64,000 nucleotides of DNA from the human T2T-CHM13v2.0 reference genome, Homo sapiens, in NCBI RefSeq assembly GCF_009914755.1, contig NC_060925.1; one strand, given 5' to 3'. Under the pieces are notes generated by a model. The model had not been told where the DNA came from, ran no database searches, and was given only the letters and a program-made list of their open reading frames with translations. A program made the translations under genes and the position numbers. Shown piece by piece: positions 49,700 to 64,000 of the stretch. The stretch's first letter is position 1. Every line of letters starts with the position of its first letter.

Positions 49700-50669
49700 T
49701 TCTTCCTCTTTTATTTAAAACAATAGTTTATATTTGTACAGAGTTTTTAAAGTTACATAATTCTATGAAGCTTATAATGAAAAAAGCAGTACACTGTTTC
49801 TCCTTTTCTACCCCCAATCCCCAGTACTCAAAGGCAACATTTAAAAGATTTTATTAGTTGTTTCTTCTCATACTTGCCTCTGTCTTCCTAAATAACATTC
49901 TTGTATTGCTGCTATTTGGAGATTGTTCAGTTTCATATATTTTGGCTTCCTGCTATGGAAGATGAAGATTAAGCTCTCTTATAATGCTCCCAACACCACA
50001 CCCCATCACAAACACATTCACATACATTCTTTTCCTCCTCCATTTCTCCCTATATAATTACATCATTGCACAACTTTTGGTTAATTCAACATGACCATAC
50101 ATTGTACAATGACTACATTTCCTCTTTTATACAATATGTTTTGGTTTTCCTGGAATTAATAATTGCCTATATTGTTTGCTTATTTTTCTATGTACCTATA
50201 ACTAATTCATCCTCAAACATTCCTCGAGAATTATAAATTTCCTTTCATAATGTTAAAATACATTGGTTGTTTCTTATTTTCATTCATTTTGTGACAACAT
50301 CCTTCTTGGAGGTCTCTGTTAACCCTGCCCCCAACGTGAACAGATTGCTTTCTAGAAATGTTTTGCAGGTGTCACTCTAGGATCTCCTGCATGCTCCTCC
50401 TGAGGAGTCAGTTCTCCTGCTTCTGTTGGAGTCCCTATTTTCTGGATCCTCTTTCTTTTATGTTTGGCCTTCTTGCTTTGTGCTTCCATTCTCCAGTAAT
50501 TCCCAAGAAAGAGTACATGTTGGGTATAATTTTAAGAACACAGACATCTGTAAATGTCTTTCTTCTACACTTGAATTAAAGCTTGGCTACATTTAGAATT
50601 CTAGGTTGAAACCATTTTCCTTGGAATACTGAAGATATTGCTCCATTGTCTTCTCACCTGAAACATTGC
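49700..50669 (-). mobile_element. Old L1/HAL1 remnant forming the spacer of the inverted repeat
   Basis: 50581-50669 aligns with the in-window L1 ORF1 at about 23847-23940. Confidence 0.62.
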
Positions 50670-52087
<1,418 letters not shown>

Positions 52088-53089
52088 TAATAGTAATGTT
52101 TTAAAATAACAGGTGTGGAAAAATCTCTATTTACTCAGGCCTGAGAATATTTCTTGCAAGTCATATTCCCTTTTTTTTGCCTTAGAGATATAAGAAATTA
52201 GGAGAAATCAGGGGGTATCAAATACCCTCATACTCTTTTCCTAGGAAAAAAAAAATTTAAAGAATGTATTGCAACTTTGCTCACTTATATTTCTTTCAAT
52301 GGGAATATTGTTCATCAATAAATGCTCGGTGCTTTAAATTTGCAATTACCATATTTGCAGAAACTTGAAAAATCATCCCAATTAAATGACAAAATGTATA
52401 GGAGGATTATCTTTCTTTTGCCCTTACAACTCAAATTATATTCGAAGTAACATTTTTACAGCAGTCAAAACTTTTAACCAAAAATTCACACCTGCAGTCT
52501 CATAAGTTTAACAAAATGGCCACATTCCACGCTTTATTTTCTTAACAACCCTGACTGTTTAAATGACTCCCATTGAACCAACAGCTTACAGTTGCTGGGC
52601 AATAAAAAAGCGAGCAAAAGGACCTCCAGCCCTGCTGTTTTAGCTATTACCCAGCACTCTCAGAGTTTGCTCTAGTCTGGCTGTTCAATCAAATTCATTT
52701 TCCAGTAGCTTCTGGCCTTTGTCTCCTCTTTCTGGCCACGCATTTCATTGCCTCCTGAATTTGATGACAACATTTTCTTTCTTCACTTTGAATCTTGGCC
52801 CAGAATCTCACTCTCCCAGCCCCATGGAAAGATGGGGAAAAGATTTCATTCTGCTGATCAAATTTGTTAGAAGACATTCTTTAGAGTCTGAAAAAATATA
52901 TTTCATTAGCAGTTCTCTAGGTAGTGGAATTTTTAGTGATGTTTACTCTTTTTTCCTTGTTCTAATTTTCCTCTAATAAACAGAAAAAAAGCAAGAGTAA
53001 CCCACCAAATTTGGATAAAGGGCTTCTGCTTTTCATATTCTCTTCAACCAGAACAGCTTAACTTTTCTCCATTTATTTATTTAAGTATT

Positions 53090-53228
<139 letters not shown>

Positions 53229-53360
53229 TAATTTGATTTTTATTATCCACAACACTCATATCTCTTTTTGATCCTACTGTAATATCACATTATCCTACCT
53301 AAAGATGAATTGTTCCAACCCTGATGCTTTGGTAATCATCTTTTCTAAATTAAAAATTGA

Positions 53361-53995
<635 letters not shown>

Positions 53996-54570
53996 TAGAG
54001 ATCTTTTATTTAAATACATGAATTCATTTTCAGGAAAAGCCTTCCAGAGATATAAAAGTCAAAATCCAATAAAAGAATGACCTTTGTTATGGAAAAACAA
54101 AGAAAGAAAGAAATCAGGTCTTTTTTGGAAAATCTGGGACATTGAATTGTTACACGTAACATGTGTCCCCCTAGGGACATAGGTCACTTTCAGTATTTGC
54201 CAAAGCATTAGGTCAGCCAGACATGTGAAACATCTCGGAGCTTAATAACTGAGCTGCTTCAATGTGTTTTGATAAAAGTTTAAATTCTCTGGCCCCAATT
54301 TATTGAACACATGCCTTTGACAATACAGCATTTCTTTCTTAGGCTATTAGTGAAAGATTAACCATCTACTCAGTGATTGTTATTGTGCCTGTATGTGTGC
54401 AGTATGAACAGTTATGTAACAAAACTTCAAAGATTAGAGACCTTTAAAAGGATCTGGGGAAATAGGAAGAGTCTATAATCTTATAGGAAAGGAATGAATT
54501 ATGCAAGCAACTAAAAGTGTGTCAATATTCTCTGCTTCACAAACAAATTGGAAACCAGTGGTAAACTTTA

Positions 54571-54927
<357 letters not shown>

Positions 54928-55976
54928 AACCTAGAAACTTAGAGGTCAACTAAGGAGACAGGCATTTTTATAAAAAGAGTTGAAAGAAATTTGTGGTAGA
55001 ATAACAGAAAATACAGACAAGTTAAAAGAAAAAAGAATAAAAGCCACTAAAATGTCATGTTAAGTATTTTAGTAGACAAATTTATCATAATTTGCACAAA
55101 AATTTTCTGGTTTGTTTCTGATTTTTTAGTTTTATAATTAAAATACTTATAATTAAAATGATAAATATTCTTATAACTAAAGTCTCTGGAATCCTTCATT
55201 AGCCCCTGAAGATAAACTCTGAGAAGTGGAATTGTAGGGTATATTGATTAAGATTCTTTGGTTGCAAATGACAGAAACCCAACTGGAACTGGCTTAAGGA
55301 AAAAAGACTTGATTGACTCGCATTTATTCAATGATTTTTTTTTTTAACTATTAGAGTTTTTATTCATTTGAAACTATGGATACATTTACTTCCCAAATCA
55401 GAGCACAGGTCTGGCCAAAATAAACTATTATGAATGTTGAAGGCTTTTTTAGAGCTTTCACCTCAGATCATTCCTCATACACACACACTGATCGATACTT
55501 AGCTAAACAAGGAAGGGAGACCCTCTACAGATCTCTGGAGCTCTCCTATGCAGCAGTCTTCTCCCAGGTCCATTTCCTCAACTCACAGACTGTGAGGCTC
55601 CACTTGGACTCCTCCTCTTTGCAATATAATATGGAATCTCTCTAGGCAGGAAAGTGGGGTGATCACTCGCTCTCTCTCTAGGGATCATTGTCCTCCACCT
55701 CCTGATAGCCAATGTCTGAAAACCATTGTGTCATGTATTTGGTCTATTTTTAAAAATTGTTTCAGATGGGAGAGTAAATCTGGCCCTTGTCACTCCATCA
55801 TGGCCCAAAGTGAAGTCTCTATCTCAACAATTATTTCTGGATGGCCTCTTATGTGCTAGGCCCTTGGGATCCCTGCTTTTGTGGAGCATGTGATCAAACT
55901 GCAGAAATATCAGAAGTAGAGCTGGCTCCAGGGACATCTGGATCCAGGAATATAAATGCTACCAGATTTCATGGTT

Positions 55977-55980
<4 letters not shown>

Positions 55981-56008
<28 letters not shown>
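55981..56008. repeat. (TC)14 microsatellite
   Basis: Read directly. Confidence 0.93.
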
Positions 56009-56012
<4 letters not shown>

Positions 56013-56154
56013 TTTCTTTCTCTCTCTCTCACCCTCTCTCCCCCTTTACATATCTGTGTCTCTGCGTCTTTCTGCACGCTGATGTTAATCAAAACGTCTA
56101 AGATGAGCTGAATTAGTGAAGAGTACACAGCCAAAGCAACTTGGAATTGAATTC

Positions 56155-56189
56155 TTTCAAGCTTAGTCATTTTCAAGCTTAGTCATTTT
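56155..56189. repeat. 16-bp tandem duplication
   Basis: TTTCAAGCTTAGTCAT x2 plus TTT. Confidence 0.93.
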
Positions 56190-56609
56190 AGGAGAGAGGG
56201 AATTTCTTTTCCTCAGCTTCAGTTTAAAAACTTTCTAGAAAGGAATCATAAGCCCACCCCTTGGACATATCATTGCACCTAGGGAAGTGAGTAACTTAAA
56301 GTGACCCAGGCTGGATCCTGCCTATTTTTGTGGCCAGGGATCTGGAATCTCTTAGCAGAAAAAGCCACAGGGGAATCATCAGCTGAGCAGCCATTCCCAT
56401 TTGTGTCTTCAATTCTGGGTATACTAATTTGTGACACTTAAAAAAAAACTACTTTGAAGTAATTTCTAACTTCAACACATTGACCAATAGTTTGTATTAA
56501 GGGTCAGATGTTTGCCTAGCGTAGTATTAATATATAAATACACTAAGATAGAAGTAACCTTAATATTTGAATGAATATGGTACAGATAAGCAGTAAATTA
56601 TGGAATTAA

Positions 56610-56956
<347 letters not shown>

Positions 56957-56983
56957 AAAGGAACCATTTATACATTTAGTTTA

Positions 56984-57358
<375 letters not shown>

Positions 57359-57674
57359 TTACTTGTTTATGGTAAGATTTTCTTATTCAGGGACTCAGGA
57401 CCAATAAATTATTTAAACATTTAGGCTAACTCTGTCACAGCTTGGGCAAGAGAAAACTTTAATCCTGAAGCCATTTTTAACAATTCCCCTCATTTTTTTA
57501 TATTTCTCACCCAGTTATCAAGTCATGTCCATTCCACCTCTTAAGCATCACATGAATTTGTCCACTTCTTTCAGCCTTCACTGACCTCTCCTTGTCCAGA
57601 CCATTCTCATCTTTTCATTTGTATTACTGCAAAAGAATTCTAACTGGCTCCCTGACTCAAGTCTTGCTCCCTAT

Positions 57675-58220
57675 GCGTTTGCTGCCCAGCATCTATTTCT
57701 GCTTCTCTTGGTAGCAGTACTCAAAATTTCCTTTGGAGAAACACCACTTTCCCATTCTCAACCATCTAATTTGGGTGAGATTTAACCTCATCCTCAGTTC
57801 CAAGAGTGGATTCTGGTTAGCTTGGCTACCTAGTGAATTCCTATTGATTTCCACTGAATTAGTAAATTCACTAACTCACTTAGTGAATTTATCTATTCCC
57901 TTCACAATCCTTATTATTTTAGGCCAATGAGATCCCATAAAATGTTTGTTGGGGGCTTCTGGGAGGAAGTTTCTCCCTCTGAGAGAGGCATGAACAAAGA
58001 AATATGGAAAGCTGCTGCACCCATCTTGGGATCAAGAGGGTAGCCAACCTTAAGATGAAGTAGACCATGCAAAAGTCAAACAAGAGAAATGGAAAGACAT
58101 CATGACATAGTTCATTCTACCTCTGAGCTTATAGTTATATAACGCAAGAAACTCAATTGTTGAAGCCACTTTCAGTTAGGTTTTTTTTTTATAATTTATA
58201 ACCAAAAGCATCCTAACTAT
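57675..58220. mobile_element. MLT1-like LTR nested in an L2 remnant
   Basis: gctgctgcacccatcttg ... gccactttcagttaggttttt ... ataaccaaaagcatcctaact. Confidence 0.6.
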
Positions 58221-58580
58221 ACTCTCTTTCAAATCATTTTCCATTCTGAATTCAAAACTGATCATGTCACTTCCACTTCCAAGAGAGGCAGATAGCAAAT
58301 TGCTAGACTATGATGGAGAGTCCAGAGAAATACCTTATAATATCATGAAGATAATGGCACCTGTAAAGCATTTAGAACAGTACTTGTCACATCGGTAAGT
58401 AAGCAGTTAGAATAAGGCACGGCATTCAATAAACACTCGATCAAATCTTATTCTCAGTTTTAAACATTACAAAGACTTGCCTGTGCCCTTAAGGTAAAGT
58501 CTGAAAAAACCCTGGCCTATAACTCTGACTCCCTTCATGGTGACAAGATGGCTGGCAAGAGTTTGTAGGACCTTTCCTAA

Positions 58581-58948
<368 letters not shown>

Positions 58949-60053
58949 TTCTTTACTTTGTATTCTGTTTCTTTTTCTCTTTATGGAGCTAACTTCTATT
59001 TTTCCTTTGGTTAAAATATCGCTTTCTCAAGGACAATTTCCCTAATTTCACAATTTAGGTTATCCTCTCCTGCTATACAGTCCCATAATTACCTTTTGTA
59101 ATACAAAAGATGTTACAATGTGATACCTTGCATTTGTAATTATTTGCTTAGAATCTGCCTTCCTTTTTTAGAATATACACTCCCTGGGGGGCTGGGCTTC
59201 CTATCATACTTGCAGCTATATTCCCAGAGTCCAGTATAGGGTCTGGGACCAAATGAATAAAAGATCAAGAATGAACATGGAGTTCAGAATCACAGTGGAA
59301 GCAAAAAGTATATTTTAAGAAGGAATGAGTATTCTACCAAGCCTAGCTTAAATGTCAACCTAGAGCTACCTGATGTTAAACAATCTAAGTAATCAGCCTG
59401 GGCAAGACGGCAAGCCCTAATCTCTACAAAATTGTTTTTAAAAAAATGGCAAAGGAGACTGTGGGATCATGGCGGATGGCAGGCAGGACTAGATTGTAGC
59501 TCCAGACAGAGCAGCATGCAGAGGCTTGCACTGTGAATTTTAGCTCCAGATTGACTGCAAGAACAAACCAGCAATCCTGAGAGGACCCACAGACCCTCTA
59601 AAAGAAGCAGACTGCTGCTGCAGGACCTGGGAGACACCCCAAATACTGTGAATGCCTCAACTGCAGAAGTGGGAAAGGGAGACCCTCCTCTCCTGAACAC
59701 ACACCCCCACTGGAAAAGCTGAAGGTCTGTTCGTGGGAGAATTTTCTGCCCTATCTTCAGCCTCCTCAAACAAAACAATTATCAGCCATGAATTTTGTAT
59801 CCAGTGAAACTAAGCATCATATATGAGGAAAGATACCGTCATTTTCAGACAAACAAATGCTGAGAGAGTTCACCATTACCAAGCCACTCCTACAAGAACT
59901 GCTAAAAGGAGCTCTAAATTTTGAAACAAATCCTGGAAACACATCAAAACAGAACCTCTTTAAAGCATAAATCACACAGGACCTATAAAACAAAAATACA
60001 AGTTAAAAAGCAAAAACAAGAAACAAAACCAAAGTACACAGGCAACAAAGAGC

Positions 60054-63000
60054 ATGATGAATGCAACAGTACTTCACATTTCAATGCTAACATTGACTGT
60101 AAATGGCCTAAATGCTCCACTTAAAAGATGCAGAACTACAGAATGGAAAAGAACTCACCAACCAACTATCTGCTGCCTTCAGGAGACTCACCTAACACAT
60201 AAGGACTCACATAAAGTAAAGGGGTGGAAAAAGGCATTCGTGCAAATGGATACCAAAAATGAGCAGAGGTAGGTATTCATATATCAGACAAAACAAACTT
60301 TAAAGCAACTACAGTTAAAAGAGATAAAGAAGAACATTATATAATGGTAAAAGGCCTTGTCCAACAGGAAAATATCACAATCCTAAACATATATGCACCT
60401 AACACTGGCACTCCCAAAATTATAAAACAATTACTAATAGACCCAAGAAATGAGATAGACAGCAACTCAATAATAGTGGGGGACTTCAGTACTCCACTGA
60501 CAGCACTAGACAGGTCATCAAGACATAAAGTCAACAAAGAAACAATGGATTTAAACTATACCTTGGAACAATGGACTTAACAGACATATACAGAACATTT
60601 CATCCAACAACCACAGAATACACATTCTATTCAACAGCACATAGAACTTTCTCAAAGATAGACCACATGATAGGCGTCAATACATTTAAGAAAATTGAAA
60701 TTATATCAAGCACTCTCTCAGACCACAGTGGAATAAAACTGGAGATCAACTCCAAAAGGAATCTTCTATACCATGCAAATACGTGGAAATTAAATAACCT
60801 GCTCCTGAATGAGCATTGGGTCAAAAATGAAATCAATATGAAAATTAAAAAATTCTTCAAACTAAACAACAATAATGATACAACCTATCAAAACCTCTGG
60901 GATCCAGCTAAGGTGGTGTTAAGAGGAAAGTTCATAGCCCTAAATGCCTACATCAAAAAATCTGAAAGAGCACAAACAGACGGTCTAAGGTCACACCTCA
61001 AGGAAGAAGAGAAACAAAAACAAACCAAACCCAAACCCAGCAGAAAAAAGGAAATAGCCAAGATCGGAGCAGAACTAAATGAAATTGAAACAACAACAAC
61101 AACAAAAACCAAAAGATAAATGAAACAGAAAGTTGGTTCTTTGAAAAGACAAATAAAATTGATAGACCATTAGCAACATTAACTAAGAAAAGAAGAGAGA
61201 AAATCCAAATAACCTCACTAAGAAACAAAACAGGAGATATTACAACTGACACCGCTGAAATACAAAAGATCATTCAAAACTTCTATGAACACCTTTACAC
61301 ACATACACTAGAAAACCTAGAAGAGATGGATAAATTACTGGAAAAAGATAACCCTCCTAGCTTAAATCAGGAAGAATTAGATACTCTGAACAGACCAATA
61401 ACAAGCAGCGAGATTGAAATGGTAATTTAAAAATTACCAACAACAAAAGTCCAGGACCAGACGGTTTCACAGCAGAATTCTACCAGATATTCAAAGAAAA
61501 AATGGTACCAATCCTTTTGACATTATTCCACAAGACAGGGAAAGAAGGAACCCTTCCTAATTCATTCTATGAAGCCAGCATCACCCTAATACCAAAACCA
61601 GGAAAGGATACAACCAAAAAAGAAAATTACAGACCAATTTCCTTAATGAACATAGATGCTAAAATCCTTAACAAAATTCTAGCTAACCGAATCCAACAAT
61701 ATATCAAAAAGATAATCCACCATGATCAAGTGGATTTCATACCAGGGATGCAGGGATGGTTTAACATACATGAGTCAATAAATGTGATACACCACATAAA
61801 CAGAAGTAAAAACAAAAATCACATGATCATCTCAATAGATGCAGAAAAAGCATTCAACAAAATCCAGCATCGCTTTATAATTAAAACTCTCAGCAAAATT
61901 GGCATACAGGGGACATAACTTAATGTAATAAAAGCCATCTATGACAAACCCACAGCCAACATAATAATGAATGGGCAAAGTTGAAAACATTCCCTTTGAG
62001 AACGGGAACAAGACAAGGATGCCCATTCTCACCACTCCTCTTCAACATAGTACTGGAAGTCCTAGCCAGAGCAGTCAGACAAGAGAAAGAATAAAGGGCA
62101 CCCAAATCAGTGAAAAGGAAGTCAAACTGTCACTGTTTGCTGATGATATGATGGTTTACCTTGAGAACCCTAAGGACTCCTCCAGAAAGCTCCTAGAACT
62201 GATACAAGAATTCAGCAGTTTCCAGATACAAGATTAATATTCACAAATCAGTAGCTCTTCTATACACCAACAGCGACCAAGCTGAGAATCAAATCGAGAA
62301 ATCAACCCGTTTTACAATAGCTGCAAAAAAACAAAAAACAAAAAACAACAACGAAAAAAAACTTAGGAATATACCTAATAAAGGAGTTGAAAGACCTCTA
62401 CAAGGAAAACTACAAAACACTGTTGAAATAAATCGTAGACAACACAAACAAATGGAAACACATCCCATGCTCATGGATGGGTAGAATCAGTATTGTCAAA
62501 ATGACCATACTGCCAAATGCAATCTACAAATTCAACACAATCCCCATCAAAATACCAACATCATTCTTCACAGAGTTAGAAAAAAAATTCTAAAATTCAT
62601 ATGGAACCAAAAAAGAGCCCCCATAGCCATAGCAAGACTAAGCAAAAGGAGCAAATCTGGAGGCATCACACTACCTGATTTCAAACTATAATATAAGGTC
62701 ATTGTCACCAAAACAGCATGGTACTGGTATAAAAATAAGCACGTAGACCAATGGAACAGAATAGAGAACCCAGAAATAAACCAAAATACTTACAGCCAAC
62801 TGATATTCAACAAAGCAAACAAAATCATAAAGTGGGGAAAGAACACCCTTTTCAACAAATGGTGCTGGGATAATTGGCTAGCCACATGTAGGAGAATGAA
62901 ACTGCATCCTCATCTCTCACTTTATACAAAAGTCAACTCAAGATGGATTAAGGACTTAAACCTAAGACGTGAAACTATAATAATTCTACAAGATACCATT

Positions 63001-64000
63001 GGAAAAACCCTTCTAGATATTGGCTTAGGCAAGGATTTCATGACCAAGAACCCAAAAGCAAACGCAATAAAAACAAAGATAAATAGCTGGGACCTAATTA
63101 ATCCAAAGAGATTTGCATGGCAAAAGGAACAGTCAGCAGAGTAAACAGACAACCCACAGAGTGGGAGAAAATCTTCACAATCTATACCTGACAAAGGACT
63201 AATATCCAGAATCTACAATGAACTCAAACAAATCAGTAAGAAAAAAACAATCCCATCAAAAAGTGGACTAAGAACTTGAATAGACAGTTCTCAAAAGAAG
63301 ATATACAAATGGCCAACAAACATATGAAAAAATGCTCACCATCACTAATGATCAGGGAAATCCAAATCAAAACCACAATGCGGTACTGCCTCACTCTTGC
63401 AAGAATGTCCATAATCAAAAAAATTAAAAAATAGTAGATGTTGGCATGGATGCTGTGAACAGGGAACACTTCTACACTGCTTGTAGGAATGTAAACTAGT
63501 ACAGCCACTATAGAAAACAGTGTGGAAATTCCTTAAAGAACTAAAAGTAGAACTACCATTTGATCCAGCAATCCCACTACTGGATATCTACCCAGAGGAA
63601 AATAAGTCATTATTCGAAAAAGATACTGCACACACATGTTTATAGCAGCACAATTCACAAGTTGCAAAATCGTGGAACCAAACTAATTGTCCATCAGTCA
63701 ATGAGTGGATAAAGAAACTGTGGTGTATATATGTATCATATATATGAGATATATACATATATGAGATATATACATATATGTATGTATGATATGTATGATA
63801 CATATATCATATGGATGTATGATATGTATGATACATATATCATATATATGTGATGGAATACTACTCAGCCATAAAACAGAATGAATTGACAGCATTTACA
63901 GTGATCAGGATAGACTGGAGACTATTATTCTAAGTTAAGTAACTCAGGAATGGAAAACAAAACATCATAAGTTCTCACTGATATGTGGGAGTTAGGCTAT
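60054..64000 (+). pseudogene. Heavily disrupted L1 ORF2p
   Basis: EN ([17 protein letters not shown]) and RT ([28 protein letters not shown]) fragments in several frames. Confidence 0.9.
63725..63850. repeat. Compound (TA)/(TATG)-rich repeat with a 33-bp higher-order duplication
   Basis: ATGTATGATATGTATGATACATATATCATAT at 63782-63812 and 63815-63845. Confidence 0.88.

Larger units (their letters stand above)
59454..64000 (+). mobile_element. L1PB-type LINE-1 with a large 5'UTR/ORF1 deletion; runs off the right edge
   Basis: L1PB-like 5' end (gatcatggcggatggcaggcaggactagattg), ORF1 C-terminus from about 59749, degenerate ORF2 from about 60054, TA-rich expansion near the 3' end. Confidence 0.92.

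Overview
Primate (almost certainly human) genomic DNA. The only cellular protein-coding sequence I can support is the first coding exon of DOCK7 (minus strand, 8432-8469, MAERRAFAQKISR followed by a GT donor), inside a CpG island at about 7890-8890. Bases 1-8431 are DOCK7 intron 1. The remaining ~55 kb is upstream DNA dominated by interspersed repeats: about 40 Alus, a 5'-truncated L1PA, a near-full-length L1PA3/4-type element, an internally deleted L1PB-type element, THE1/MER21/MER66/MLT LTRs, hAT DNA transposons, MIR/L2 remnants and microsatellites. All long ORFs in the track are broken L1 ORF1/ORF2 pieces or chance ORFs. I found no new gene system. The most interesting signals are structural: (1) a ~460-bp inverted duplication (48870-49644 vs 50670-51130) with a pattern suggesting arm-to-arm gene conversion; (2) a three-junction complex rearrangement over ~46.6-51.1 kb, reconstructed from split, mis-ordered transposon fossils; (3) a half-Alu at 31376-31548 that appears to be copied from an Alu 2 kb away during break repair, with duplication and inversion scars at both junctions. 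Repeat subfamily names come from recalled consensus sequences, identities are hand counts, and boundaries of old repeats are approximate.
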